A DNA stretch of 64,000 nt from Alphaproteobacteria bacterium (GTDB taxonomy: Bacteria > Pseudomonadota > Alphaproteobacteria > SP197): the NCBI GenBank assembly GCA_964291415.2, contig OZ219919.1:96001-160000 (forward strand), given 5' to 3'. Made by a program: the position numbers and the translations under genes. Under the pieces are notes generated by a model, which was given only the letters and a program-made list of their open reading frames with translations, was not told the origin of the DNA and made no database searches. Below, in pieces: positions 35,691-46,214 of this stretch (its first letter is position 1; each line of letters starts with the position of its first letter).

Positions 35691-37108
35691 CAATAGAGCC
35701 TCAGGTACTCGCGAACCTCCCAGTCCGTCACTTCCTGGTGGTAACGCTCCCATTCGTCGAACTTGTAGGCAAGGAACGAGGCGTGCATCTGCTCGCCGAT
35801 GACCTCCTTGACGAAGACATCGTCCCGCAGGATTTCGGCGGCCTCGAAGAGATTGCGCGGCAGGCGCTGGGCGCCCGACCGGGCGAGCTCCGCTTCGCTG
35901 AGGCTGTAGAGGTCCTCGTTCAGCGGTGGCCCGGGATCGATTTCGGAGACGATGCCCTCGGTCATGCAGGCCGCGGTCACGCCCAGGGCCAGGTAGGGGT
36001 TCATGCACATGTCGGCTGCACGGTTCTCGATGCAGTAGCGGTTCTGCGGCATGCGCAACATGGCCGAACGGTTGTTGTAGCCGTAGGTCATGTGGGTCGG
36101 CGCCCAGGTGACCGTGCCGCCCTCGAAGCCGCCGACCCGGGGAACCAGGCCGTTGTAGGAGTTGACGGTCGGACAGGCGATGGCCGTCAGTGCCCCGCCA
36201 TGCTGCAACAGGCCGCCAATGGCATGGCTCACCTCCGGCGACCAGCCGTCCGGTGATTCGAAGAGATTGGCGTCCGGCGACGTGGTGCGGCGCATGGACG
36301 TGTTCATGTGGGCACCCGAGCGCCAGTCGCCTGTCGTCGGCTTCGGCATGAACGTGATGAACATGCCGTGCTTCTTGGCGATTTCCTTGAGCAGGATTCT
36401 GAGGAAGACGAGGCGGTCTGCCATGGCCAGCACATCGGTGTAGCCGAAGTCGAGCTCAAACTGGCTGTAGGCCCCCTCGCACACCACGTCGTGCAGGTCC
36501 CAGTCGAGTTCACCATCGAGTATGTCGATCAGATCACCCAGAAACCCCATCGAATTGATGGAGTACTCGACGTCATAGCCAAAGGCCTGGCGCCGCGGAC
36601 GCAGGCCTTCGTCAGCCTCCAGGTCGTCATCGAACGCCTTGACGGGCCTGCCGTCCTTCCAGCGCATGGCGATGAACTCGGGCTCGACACCGGCATAGAC
36701 CAGGTAGCCCTTGTCCGCGCAGTCGGCGAGAATCCGCTTCATCGCCCCCCTGGGGCACAGGTTGTAGGGCTTGTCGGACCACCAGAGATCGGCAAAGACC
36801 CAGGCCATGGTCCGGTCCCAGGGGCACAATGTCAGGGAGTCGAGATCGGGAACCATGATCTGGTCCGGATCCGCCGGACCCAGTTCAGGGACAAACGATA
36901 CCGAATGCACGGCAAACTGCGGGCCCATCCCCCTGGCGAGCCGTTCCCAGTCGCTGAGCGGCACAGGCTTGGTCTTGGGCTGCCCCAGGAGATCGATCCA
37001 GCAGCACAGGATGTACTTGACGTTGTGACCCGCCAGCCACTCGCCGGTCTCGCGAATCCGGTCGTCCGTTGGCAGCGCTTCGGCCATGGATTGCGGGAGT
37101 GGTGCCAT
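35690..37108 (-). CDS. Glutamine synthetase family gamma-glutamyl ligase (GlnT/GmaS-like)
   Basis: KTKPVP, GVEPEF, QFELDF, TFMPKP, SGAH, PTVNSY, TWAP..YGYNNRS, IENR; GGAGG RBS before ATG 37108. Confidence 0.85.
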   Translation of the reverse strand: MAPLPQSMAEALPTDDRIRETGEWLAGHNVKYILCCWIDLLGQPKTKPVPLSDWERLARGMGPQFAVHSVSFVPELGPADPDQIMVPDLDSLTLCPWDRTMAWVFADLWWSDKPYNLCPRGAMKRILADCADKGYLVYAGVEPEFIAMRWKDGRPVKAFDDDLEADEGLRPRRQAFGYDVEYSINSMGFLGDLIDILDGELDWDLHDVVCEGAYSQFELDFGYTDVLAMADRLVFLRILLKEIAKKHGMFITFMPKPTTGDWRSGAHMNTSMRRTTSPDANLFESPDGWSPEVSHAIGGLLQHGGALTAIACPTVNSYNGLVPRVGGFEGGTVTWAPTHMTYGYNNRSAMLRMPQNRYCIENRAADMCMNPYLALGVTAACMTEGIVSEIDPGPPLNEDLYSLSEAELARSGAQRLPRNLFEAAEILRDDVFVKEVIGEQMHASFLAYKFDEWERYHQEVTDWEVREYLRLY

Positions 37109-37235
37109 GATCAAGAGTCCTCCGGTCAGCGGCGCTGACATTACCGCAAGCCTGTTCAGGATCAATCCGCCCGCGGTGGACGCCCAACAACCGGCGGTCT
37201 AGTGTGCGCCGGCTTCCCAAGGATGAGTTGCGCTC

Positions 37236-38531
37236 ATGGCCGGTCCCGGACACCCGCGTTTCGATACCCTTGCCCTCCATGGAGGGCAGAAGCCCGACCC
37301 CGTGACCGGGGCGCGTGCCGTTCCCCTCTACCAGTCGACCTCCTTTGTCTTCCCGTCGACCGATCATGCCGCCTCGCTCTTCAACCTCGAACGCGCCGGT
37401 CACATCTATTCGCGCATTTCCAATCCGACCGTCTCCGTTTTCGAGGAGCGGATCGCCGGCCTCGAGGGCGGTGTCGGGGCGGTGGCCACCGCAAGCGGCC
37501 AGGCGGCGCTTCACCTCGCCGTGGCCACACTCATGGGCCACGGGGATCACATCGTCGCGTCCGGCTCGATCTACGGCGGCAGCCACAACATGTTCAACTA
37601 CACGCTGCCCCGCTTCGGTATCACGACGACCTTCGTCAACCCCCGGGACCCGGATGCTTTCCGCCAGGCCATCGGTCCCCGCACGCGGCTTCTCTTCGGC
37701 GAGACGCTCGGCAATCCCGGTCTCGAGGTTCTCGACATCCCGGCCGTCGCCGCAGTGGCTCACGAGGCCGGCGTGCCGCTGATGATCGACAACACCTTCG
37801 CCTCGCCCTTCCTGTCGCGCCCGTTCGACCACGGCGCCGACCTCGTCATGCACTCGGCCACCAAGTTCCTCGGCGGACACGGCGTTGCCATCGGCGGCGT
37901 GCTCGTCGACCGGGGCGCCTTCGACTGGGAGGAAAGCGGGCTCTTTCCCACCCTCACCGAACCCTATGCCGGCTATCACGGTCTCGATTTCGCCGAGGAG
38001 TTCGGCCCGGGAGCCCTCATCATGCGGGCCCGCGCCGAGGGTTTGCGCGACTTTGGCGCCTGCATGAGCCCGGCCAACGCGTTCTACCTGCTCCAGGGCG
38101 TGGAAACCCTGCCGCTGCGCATGACGCGCCACGTCGAGAATGCCCGTGCCGTCGTCGCCTTCCTCGCCGGACACGATGCGGTCAGCAATGTCCTGTGGCC
38201 CGAACTCCCGTCCCATCCCGACCACGAGCTCTCGAAGCGCCTGTTGCCGAAGGGACCCGGCGCGATCTTCAGCTTCGAACTGAAGGGAGGCCGCGAGGCG
38301 GGCGTGAAGTTCATCGAGGCATTGCAGCTCTTTTCTCATCTCGCCAACGTCGGAGACGCCAAGTCGCTGGTCATCCATCCCGCCTCGACGACCCATCAGC
38401 AGATGGACGCGGCCGCCCTCGAGGCGGCCGGCATCTCCGAAGGACTCGTGCGTCTTTCCGTCGGGCTCGAGGACCCGGACGATCTCGTCGCCGATCTCAA
38501 GCGCGGCCTCGCCGCCGCTTCCAGGTCCTGA
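37236..38531 (+). CDS. metY: O-acetylhomoserine aminocarboxypropyltransferase (MetY-like)
   Basis: YSRISNPT, DNTFASP, HSATKFLGGHG PLP lysine, ANVGDAKSLVIHPASTTH, RLSVGLE. Confidence 0.88.
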   Translation: MAGPGHPRFDTLALHGGQKPDPVTGARAVPLYQSTSFVFPSTDHAASLFNLERAGHIYSRISNPTVSVFEERIAGLEGGVGAVATASGQAALHLAVATLMGHGDHIVASGSIYGGSHNMFNYTLPRFGITTTFVNPRDPDAFRQAIGPRTRLLFGETLGNPGLEVLDIPAVAAVAHEAGVPLMIDNTFASPFLSRPFDHGADLVMHSATKFLGGHGVAIGGVLVDRGAFDWEESGLFPTLTEPYAGYHGLDFAEEFGPGALIMRARAEGLRDFGACMSPANAFYLLQGVETLPLRMTRHVENARAVVAFLAGHDAVSNVLWPELPSHPDHELSKRLLPKGPGAIFSFELKGGREAGVKFIEALQLFSHLANVGDAKSLVIHPASTTHQQMDAAALEAAGISEGLVRLSVGLEDPDDLVADLKRGLAAASRS

Positions 38532-38535
38532 GGCG

Positions 38536-39333
38536 ATGTCGCTGGAACTTGCCGTCGGCGGCCACGCCGTCTTCGCAGCCACCGGCGGCAGGACCTTCGA
38601 TGCGGCACTGCCGGTGGTTCTCTTCGTCCACGGCGCCTCCATGAACCGCACGGTCTGGTCGGCCCAGGCCCGCTGGTTTGCCCACCATGGCCACGCCGTC
38701 CTCGCCGTCGACCTGCCCGGACACGGCCGGTCGGAGGGGCCGCCCCTGCCGTCGGTCGGCGCCGTCGCCGACTGGCTCATCGGTGTTCTCGATGCCGCCG
38801 GAGTGGCCACGGCCTCCCTGGTCGGACATTCCATGGGTTCGCTGCCCGTCCTTGAGGCCGCTTCGCGCTACCCGTCGCGGTGCACACGCATCGTGCTGCT
38901 GGGCACCAGCGTGCCGATGCCCGTCACCGATGCCCTGCTGGAGAACGCCCGGATCAACAGCCATGCCGCCTACGACATGGTGACCGTCTGGGGACACAGT
39001 CGTGCCGCCCAGATGGGAGGCTCGGACGTCCCGGGGCTGTGGATCACCGGCGGCGGCATGCGTCTGCTCGAACGCGGCGGCGACGGCGTCCTCTACAACG
39101 ACATGAAGGCCTGCAACGACTACACGAACGGCCTCGAGGCGGCCGCCAGGGTCGGCTGCCCGGCGACGCTCATCCTCGGTGACAGGGACATGATGACGCC
39201 GCCGCGCAATGCCCGGGCCCTCATCGACGCGCTGCCCGATGGCCGCATGATCGTGCTGGAGGGATGCGGCCACATGATGATGGCAGAACGCCCCAACCTG
39301 ACTCTCGACGCCCTCATCGACGCCCTGACATAG
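38536..39333 (+). CDS. Alpha/beta hydrolase
   Basis: FVHGA, DLPGHG, GHSMG, GDRDMM, GHMMMAE. Confidence 0.88.
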   Translation: MSLELAVGGHAVFAATGGRTFDAALPVVLFVHGASMNRTVWSAQARWFAHHGHAVLAVDLPGHGRSEGPPLPSVGAVADWLIGVLDAAGVATASLVGHSMGSLPVLEAASRYPSRCTRIVLLGTSVPMPVTDALLENARINSHAAYDMVTVWGHSRAAQMGGSDVPGLWITGGGMRLLERGGDGVLYNDMKACNDYTNGLEAAARVGCPATLILGDRDMMTPPRNARALIDALPDGRMIVLEGCGHMMMAERPNLTLDALIDALT

Positions 39334-39356
39334 ATGGAAACGCCCGAATTGCGCCT

Positions 39357-39401
39357 CTCATGACCCAAGGGTCGCAGGTTCAGGTCTTTCCCTCGCAACC
39401 A
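39357..39401 (+). pseudogene. Degenerate 3' half of tRNA-Met (CAT), possible att-site relic
   Basis: CTCATGACCCAAGGGTCGCAGGTTCAGGTCTTTCCCTCGCAACCA resembles the initiator-tRNA pattern CTCATAACC...GGTCGCAGGTTCAAATCCTGCCCCCGCAACCA; 5' half absent, T-arm broken. Confidence 0.7.
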
Positions 39402-39596
39402 CTGAACGCACTGGTGCTGTCGGAAGCCTTCGAGCTCCTGCCAGGCCTGGGATGTGATCGGTCAACACGAGCAGGCAGATACGCCGCGGCGTTGCACGGG
39501 ACCGAATGATCATCGGGCCAGCGGCCACCGCGCGGCTCTTCTGTGATATGGTTCCCGATTGCGAACGTCACGTTCCGCCGGTTCGAGGGGCAGGAC

Positions 39597-41834
39597 ATGG
39601 ACCAGGACGCCTTGCGCTATCACGCAGCAGGCAGGCCGGGGAAACTGGCGATCCGCCCGACCAAGCCGCTGGCCAACCAACGCGACCTTGCGCTTGCCTA
39701 TTCCCCGGGCGTCGCAGAGGCGAGCAACGCGATCGCCGAACGTCCGGAAGATGCGGCGCGCTACACGGCGCGAGCCAACCTGGTCGCAGTCGTCACCAAC
39801 GGCTCGGCCGTACTCGGGCTTGGCAACATCGGGGCGCTGGCGGCAAAGCCGGTCATGGAAGGCAAAGCCGTCCTTTTCAAGAGATTCGCCGATATAGACG
39901 TGTTCGACATCGAGATCGACGAGAGCGATCCGGACGCGCTGGCCGACACGATCCGGCGACTCGAACCGGCTTTCGGCGCCATCAATCTGGAAGACATCAA
40001 GGCGCCCGATTGTTTCCAGGTAGAGAACCGGCTGAAGGCGGAGATGAACATCCCCGTCTTCCACGACGACCAGCACGGCACCGCCATCGTCGTCGCCGCC
40101 GCCGTCGTCAACGGCATGCATCTCCTGGGCAAGGACCTCAGCCGGGTCAAGCTGGTTTCGACCGGCGGCGGCGCAGCCGGCATCGCCTGCCTGAATCTGC
40201 TTCTGGACCTCGGGCTGAAACGCGAGAATGTCTGGTTGGTCGACATCGAAGGGCTCGTCCACAAAGGGCGTCACGCGGAGCCGCACAAGGCCGCCTTCGC
40301 CCGGGACACCTGCGCGCGAACCCTGGACGATGCGATCGACGGCGCAGAGGTCTTTCTCGGCCTTTCCGGGCCGAACGTGCTGAGTTCCGAACAGTGCCGA
40401 CGCATGGGACCGGAACCCATGGTCATGGCGCTGGCCAACCCGGTGCCGGAGATTATGCCCGAAGAGGTTCGCACCGTGCGGCCGGACGCCATTGTCTGCA
40501 CCGGGCGGACCGACTATCCCAACCAGGTCAACAACGTCCTGTGCTTTCCATTCATTTTTCGCGGCGCGCTCGATGTCGGCGCGACGGCCATCAACAGGGA
40601 GATGGAACTTGCCTGCGTCTCCGCGCTAGCCGAACTGGCGCGCGCGGGCATTACGGACGAGGTCGCCCGGGCCTATGGCGAAGAACGGCTGAAGTTCGGC
40701 CGCGACTACCTCTTGCCCCGGCCCTTCGATCCGCGGCTTCTCGGCGCGATCGCGCCGGCCGTCGCCGGGGCGGCGATGGCGAGCGGTGTCGCGACGCGCC
40801 CGCTCGAGAGTCTCGACGCCTACCGTACCCGGCTTTCCAGTTTCGTTTACCGAACCAGCTTCCTGATGCGGCCCATCTTCGACAGCGCCCGGGCGGCGCC
40901 GCGCAAGGTGATCTTTGCCGAGGGCGAGGACCGGCGGGTACTCCGGGCAATCCAGAACATCCTCGATGAGGGCATCGCGGCACCCGTCGCCACCGGACGG
41001 GCAGACCGGATCGCTGCCCTGTGCGCCGAAATGGGCCTGCGCGTGGCGCCCGACCGGGATTTCGAAGTGTTCGACCATGATGACGAGGAGCTGATCGAGC
41101 GTTATGGCGCAAGGCTCCACAGTCTGCGCGCCCGCGACGGAATCGGCCCGGAGGCCGCCCGCAAGCTGTTCCGGACCAGCGACACTCTGGCCGCGGCAAT
41201 GCACGTCCGCGAGGGCGGAGCGGCCTGCCTGATCTGCGGTACCTCGGGTCACTATTCGACCCATCTGGAACGTGTCGACCAGATACTGGGAACCCGGGCG
41301 GAAACCGTTGCGGCCCTGGTGCCGCTGATCATGGAGTCCGGCACCGTCTTCATCGCCGACGGCTACGTGAACTACGAGCCGGATGCGGAAGCCATTGCCG
41401 GGATCTGCCGTGCGGCGGCGGCGCAGGTCCAGGCCTTCGGCCAGATCCCGCGGGTCGCGTTGATCAGCCATGCCAATTTCGGTGCTCATTCCAGCCCGAG
41501 CGCGGCCCGGATGCGCCGTGCGACCGAAATCCTCGCCGAGACGCACGCCGATTTCGAATTCGAGGGCGAGATGCAGCTCAACCTGGCCTTCGACAAGGCA
41601 GCGCGCGATCGCTTCCTGCCCGAAGCGCGCCTCACCGACCGCGCCAACATCCTGGTCTTTCCGGGGATGGACGCAGCCAATGCGGCGATCCACGCGCTGT
41701 CGGCCCTTGGCAACGCCCAGCCGATCGGCCCGATCCTGCTCGGCTATGACGGCGCAGCCCACATCGTCACACCGAATGCCACCGTCCGCGGCCTGCTCAA
41801 CGTCGCCGCCATCGCCAGTGCCGGAAAGGTCTGA
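39597..41834 (+). CDS. maeB: NADP-dependent malic enzyme with phosphotransacetylase domain
   Basis: DLALAYSPGVA, KPVMEGK, NLEDIKAP, HDDQHGT, NQVNNVL; C-terminal FAEGED...EGEMQ. Confidence 0.95.
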   Translation: MDQDALRYHAAGRPGKLAIRPTKPLANQRDLALAYSPGVAEASNAIAERPEDAARYTARANLVAVVTNGSAVLGLGNIGALAAKPVMEGKAVLFKRFADIDVFDIEIDESDPDALADTIRRLEPAFGAINLEDIKAPDCFQVENRLKAEMNIPVFHDDQHGTAIVVAAAVVNGMHLLGKDLSRVKLVSTGGGAAGIACLNLLLDLGLKRENVWLVDIEGLVHKGRHAEPHKAAFARDTCARTLDDAIDGAEVFLGLSGPNVLSSEQCRRMGPEPMVMALANPVPEIMPEEVRTVRPDAIVCTGRTDYPNQVNNVLCFPFIFRGALDVGATAINREMELACVSALAELARAGITDEVARAYGEERLKFGRDYLLPRPFDPRLLGAIAPAVAGAAMASGVATRPLESLDAYRTRLSSFVYRTSFLMRPIFDSARAAPRKVIFAEGEDRRVLRAIQNILDEGIAAPVATGRADRIAALCAEMGLRVAPDRDFEVFDHDDEELIERYGARLHSLRARDGIGPEAARKLFRTSDTLAAAMHVREGGAACLICGTSGHYSTHLERVDQILGTRAETVAALVPLIMESGTVFIADGYVNYEPDAEAIAGICRAAAAQVQAFGQIPRVALISHANFGAHSSPSAARMRRATEILAETHADFEFEGEMQLNLAFDKAARDRFLPEARLTDRANILVFPGMDAANAAIHALSALGNAQPIGPILLGYDGAAHIVTPNATVRGLLNVAAIASAGKV

Positions 41835-41972
41835 TCGACAGAACGGGCCGAATGACAGCGTTGCAGAGCCGCGACCGCGAAGCGCAGGATTCCAACCAGC
41901 CCGTGACCGTCCTTCCCCGTCTGGCCCGCCAGAACGCCAAGTTCGACCTGCCGTTGACCACTATCACGTCGT

Positions 41973-42425
41973 CTATGGATGCGCCCGGTAGCCGACATCC
42001 TCGGCAGGGCCGGCCCGCGTCTCCGGTTCCTCCCCGGCGTAGGCGTCAAGCTCGATCACGTTGCGGTCGGGATCGCGGATGAAGACCGCCCGCAGGTCCC
42101 TGAACGAGAACTGGCCGCTGAGCGGAATGCCGCTCTCCGCAAGGAACGCCTTGGCGGCGTCGAGCGAGGCCACCTTGAACGAGACGTGGGTGATGCCCGG
42201 ATACTTCTCGTCCACGTCCATCAGGATGTTCGTGTCGTGCGTGGTGTTCGCCGGACCGAGCAGGTTGAGCACGACGCCCGAGGGATGCTGCATGATGATC
42301 GGGTGGCCCTTCTCGAAGCCCGCGTCGGCGAGGGTCCTGAAGCCGAGACGTTCGTAGAACGCGATGGATACGGCCCTGTCGCTGACCCGGATGCCGATGT
42401 GGTCCACCTTCTCGATGTCGAGCAT
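41973..42425 (-). CDS. VOC/glyoxalase family protein
   Basis: VDHIGIRV...FYERLGF, HVSFKV, FIRDPDRNVIEL. Confidence 0.88.
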   Translation of the reverse strand: MLDIEKVDHIGIRVSDRAVSIAFYERLGFRTLADAGFEKGHPIIMQHPSGVVLNLLGPANTTHDTNILMDVDEKYPGITHVSFKVASLDAAKAFLAESGIPLSGQFSFRDLRAVFIRDPDRNVIELDAYAGEEPETRAGPAEDVGYRAHP

Positions 42426-42537
42426 GTTCAGCACACTCCCGTAGCGCCGGCCGGTGCGGCCGGCATGGTAGGGTTCCGGAATTGAGGCCACAAGATCCGG
42501 CGCCGCAGGCGCGGTTCGAAGAAGAGGGGCGAATCTC

Positions 42538-44346
42538 ATGGCGTTTCTCGAACAGGTTGCCATCTTTCTCGCCGCGGCCGTGGTCGTCGTCCCGCTTGCC
42601 AGGCGAGCCGGAATGGGTTCGGTTCTCGGCTACATGCTGGCGGGCCTGATCGTCGGTCCCTGGGCGCTGGACCTTGTCGACGACGAGCAGGAGATCCTTC
42701 ATTTCGCCGAACTCGGCGTCGTCCTGCTGCTGTTCGTCATCGGCCTCGAACTGCAGCCGCTGCGTCTATGGGCCATGCGCCGGGCGGTGTTCGGGCTGGG
42801 CGGAGGGCAATTCGCGCTGACCGTTGTAGCACTCGCCGGTCTCGCCTTGGCGTTGGGACTGCCGCTCGAGGCCGCCGTGGTTGCCGGACTCGCCCTGTCG
42901 CTGTCGTCAACCGCCTTCGCATTGCAGGCGCTCTCCGAGCGCAACGAACTCACGACCCGCCACGGCCGCCTGTCGTTCTCGATCCTGCTGTTCCAGGACC
43001 TCGCGGTGATCCCCATCCTGGCCCTTCTGCCCCTTCTGGCGCCCGCGTCCACAAGCGCCGGCGAGGGAGCTCTCTGGCTCGATATCGCCAAGGCGGTCGG
43101 CCTGATCGTGCTGATGGTGCTCGGTGGCCGCTACCTCCTGCGCCACGTGCTGCGGCTCGTGGCGCGGTTTGGCACGCACGAGGTGTTCACCGCGACGGCC
43201 TTGCTCACGGTCGTGGGCGTGGCCCTGCTGATGGACCTGGTCGGCCTCTCGATGGCCCTTGGCGCGTTCCTGGCCGGCGTGCTGCTCGCCGATTCCGAGT
43301 ACCGGCACGAACTCGAAGCCGATATCGAGCCCTTCAAGGGGCTGCTTCTCGGCCTGTTCTTCATGGCAGTCGGAATGACTGTCAACATCGGCCTGGTGAT
43401 CGAAACGCCCCTTGCCGTGCTGGGCCTCGCGCTCGGTCTGATGGTGGTGAAGATGCTCTGCCTGATCGCCGTCGCGCGTGTCGAGACGGCGAACTGGCGC
43501 ACGATCCGCGGCACGGCCGTGGCGCTCTCGCAGGGAGGCGAGTTCGCCTTCGTCATCCTCGCGCTTGGCGTGTCTTCCACGCTGATGGACGGGCGCACCG
43601 CCGACATGCTGATCGTCGCGGTGACACTCTCGATGGCGGCAACGCCGCTGGCTCTCAGGGCGGGCGACTGGCTGAATGTCCGGCTGGCGCCGAAAGCGGA
43701 ACCCGCGTACGAGCAGAACATCGAGGAGGAGAACCGGGTCATCATCGCCGGGTTCGGGCGGGTCGGCCAGATCGTGGGCCGCATCCTGCGCATGCGCCGT
43801 ATCGGTTTCACCGCGCTCGAGACAAGCTCGGACCAGGTCGACTTCGTGCGCCGTTTCGGCAGCAAGGTCTACTATGGCGATGCGAGCCGCGTCGAACTGC
43901 TGCGCGCCGCGAATGCCGACAAGGCGGTTCTCTTCGTGCTGGCGATCGAGGATGTCGAGCAATCGCTCGTGACGGCGCGTGCCGTGCGCAGACATTTCCC
44001 GCACCTCACGATCTTCGCTCGCGCGCGCAACCGCCAGCACGCCCACGCGTTGATGGACCTCGGCATCACGCACATTGTGCGCGACACCTTTCACTCGAGC
44101 CTCGAGCTTGCCCGCACGATCCTGACGGAACTGGGCCTCGACGCCTTCGAGAGCCGACGAACCGTCAACACGTTCCGCGACCACGACACCCAGCGCCTGC
44201 TCCGGCAACACGCAATCGCACACGACACCGACCGCATGGCTGAAGAGGCCAAGCATTGGACCCGTGAGCTCGAAGAGATGTTCGCCGAGGATGAACGAAA
44301 CGCCGCCGAGGAAGGCCGCCAGGATCCCGTCGGCGGGACGCGGTGA
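42538..44346 (+). CDS. CPA2 potassium efflux antiporter (KefB/KefC-like)
   Basis: LLFQD, YRHELEADIEPFKGLLLGLFF, SQGGEFAF; KTN domain IAGFGRVGQ, YYGDA. Confidence 0.93.
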   Translation: MAFLEQVAIFLAAAVVVVPLARRAGMGSVLGYMLAGLIVGPWALDLVDDEQEILHFAELGVVLLLFVIGLELQPLRLWAMRRAVFGLGGGQFALTVVALAGLALALGLPLEAAVVAGLALSLSSTAFALQALSERNELTTRHGRLSFSILLFQDLAVIPILALLPLLAPASTSAGEGALWLDIAKAVGLIVLMVLGGRYLLRHVLRLVARFGTHEVFTATALLTVVGVALLMDLVGLSMALGAFLAGVLLADSEYRHELEADIEPFKGLLLGLFFMAVGMTVNIGLVIETPLAVLGLALGLMVVKMLCLIAVARVETANWRTIRGTAVALSQGGEFAFVILALGVSSTLMDGRTADMLIVAVTLSMAATPLALRAGDWLNVRLAPKAEPAYEQNIEEENRVIIAGFGRVGQIVGRILRMRRIGFTALETSSDQVDFVRRFGSKVYYGDASRVELLRAANADKAVLFVLAIEDVEQSLVTARAVRRHFPHLTIFARARNRQHAHALMDLGITHIVRDTFHSSLELARTILTELGLDAFESRRTVNTFRDHDTQRLLRQHAIAHDTDRMAEEAKHWTRELEEMFAEDERNAAEEGRQDPVGGTR

Positions 44347-44628
44347 TCTTGTGAGGAGTCGGGCGGCGGGCGTGACCACACGCGTCGACCGGCCACGGAC
44401 GCGCGACAACGAGAGCGGATGCCGGCCTGTGCGACGCTCCCGATCATGACAGCTGCGCCATCTCGCGCTGGCCACCTGCGAGCCATCACGTTCAACAATG
44501 CGCCGGCGTCAGGCCGGACTCGCCGCAGAGTTCGTCGGTCAGGATACCGCGGTCGGGTGCATGAATGTCCATGAGTCCGGCGGGAGCACAGGCGGGCCTG
44601 TCATGCAGTTCGTCGTGGCCGGTTCACC

Positions 44629-44712
44629 ATGCCCCGGACGTACCGCCGCATCGTGGAAGCGATCCTTTTCTCCGTGTCTCGCCGGCTCCTTGCGGTCGCT
44701 CGCGCGAGAAGC
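44629..44712 (+). mobile_element. Possible IS5-family transposase N-terminal relic
   Basis: RRIVEAILF then, in another frame, LAGSLRSLARE resemble the IS5/IS427 RxxxEAILxxxRxGxxWRxLP motif; short and weak. Confidence 0.25.
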
Positions 44713-44825
44713 GAGGGGACGCGTGGCGATGACCCGAACGGCCGTTCGAGGCATCGTCACACGATCCGTGCATCACTTCGCTGTCCGACGGCGACGCCGC
44801 CCTGCCCTGCCGCCAGCGGGATGCC

Positions 44826-46214
44826 TCAGGCAAGGGTGGATTCAAGCTGGGCGATGAGTTTCTTCTTGCCTTCAGGGTCGAGCTTGCCGATTTCGGCGTT
44901 GAGCAGGCCGATGTTGGGGCGTTGATTCCACCAGTCAACGGCCTCGCCGCCGTGCAGAGCCCAACGCCCCACCATGCCGCGGGTCACCTCGTTGCTCGGT
45001 CCCATGACCCAGCCAGCCTTGGAGTCCCGCAGCAGGCGCTCGATCTCGAGGTTGCGGCTGAACCCTGAGCCGCCGAACAGGCGGAACATGCGCTCGGTGA
45101 CCTCGCTGGCGGCGCGGGCCGCCACTTCCTTCACCTTCAGGCCCCACAGGATGTAAGGGGAGCGGGGTCGCGCATCGGGATCCTCCTCGTACAGGACCCA
45201 GTCGCCGTTATTGGTGGCCCGGTCCAGTTGTTGGCAGAAGCCGAAGAGGAACATTCGTGCGGCCTGGGCGTCCACCAGGCTGGTTCCGTAGACATCGTGC
45301 GTTGTCGGATAGTCTGCAACGCACTGACCGAAGTTGGCGTGACGCCGCCTGGTTGTATAGCGCCTGGCGACATCCAGGGCCCCCATGGCCACTCCGCAGT
45401 AGAGCGCGCCGTACATGATCATCCCCACCGCGTTGACGGCCTCGTCGTTGGACGCGGCGCCGTCGCCCGGCGGACCCACCATGCGGTCTTCCGGCAGCAC
45501 CACGTCAAAATCGACAGGACCAGAACTGGTAGCCCGCATGCCCATGACGTCCCAAAGACCCGGGTTGGGCTTCATTTCGTCCTCGTAGACGAGGAAGACG
45601 GAGAGGTCGGAATAGTCTCCGTCGAAGCCGGGGCTTGTCGTCTGGGTCGTCATCCAGCGCGCCTCGCCGCAGGAGGTGGTGAACGCCGAACTTTTCCTGA
45701 CATGCCAGCCGCCGTCGACCTTCTCGACGCCGGAGACCTTGGGATACCAGAAGTGGCCGCCCGTCTCCGGATCGGTATAGGAGGCCGAGCCGATCATGAC
45801 GTCGGTGTCGATGCGGGCAAGGAGCTCCTGTATGGCCCGATTGCCTCCGGCGCGGAACAGAAGCGCCGCGAGACCGGCCATGTGCATCATGAAGATCACC
45901 CCGGTCGATGGACAGCCGTAGCGCGTGATGGTCTCGCCGATCATCGCGAGGCCCGTGTGATTCTCGCCACGGCCGCCCCACTTTTCAGGCACGATGCAAC
46001 CGAGCAGCCGCAGCTCGGCCAGAGCCTTCACGCTCTCCCAGGGATAGGCGCCCGACTCGTCGCACGTGGCCGCGTTGGGACGAATGACATCGTGGCACAC
46101 TTCAATGAGCTGGCGCTGGAGCTTCTTCTGCTCATCGGTGAGGAACCACTGGGGGTCGAATTCGTAGTCCAGGCCGTAGTAGGGCTCTCCACCCCAGAGC
46201 TTCGTGTTGTCCAC
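44826..46214 (-). CDS. Acyl-CoA dehydrogenase fold flavoprotein
   Basis: LTDEQ, VPEKWGG, YTDPETG, WDVMGMRATSS, FGGSGF, IERLLRD; GTG start after GGAGG. Confidence 0.85.
   Translation of the reverse strand: MDNTKLWGGEPYYGLDYEFDPQWFLTDEQKKLQRQLIEVCHDVIRPNAATCDESGAYPWESVKALAELRLLGCIVPEKWGGRGENHTGLAMIGETITRYGCPSTGVIFMMHMAGLAALLFRAGGNRAIQELLARIDTDVMIGSASYTDPETGGHFWYPKVSGVEKVDGGWHVRKSSAFTTSCGEARWMTTQTTSPGFDGDYSDLSVFLVYEDEMKPNPGLWDVMGMRATSSGPVDFDVVLPEDRMVGPPGDGAASNDEAVNAVGMIMYGALYCGVAMGALDVARRYTTRRRHANFGQCVADYPTTHDVYGTSLVDAQAARMFLFGFCQQLDRATNNGDWVLYEEDPDARPRSPYILWGLKVKEVAARAASEVTERMFRLFGGSGFSRNLEIERLLRDSKAGWVMGPSNEVTRGMVGRWALHGGEAVDWWNQRPNIGLLNAEIGKLDPEGKKKLIAQLESTLA

Noticed and set aside
37110-37236. 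SAM riboswitch upstream of metY
   Set aside because: No SAM-I or SAM-II consensus recognisable in the short divergent spacer.
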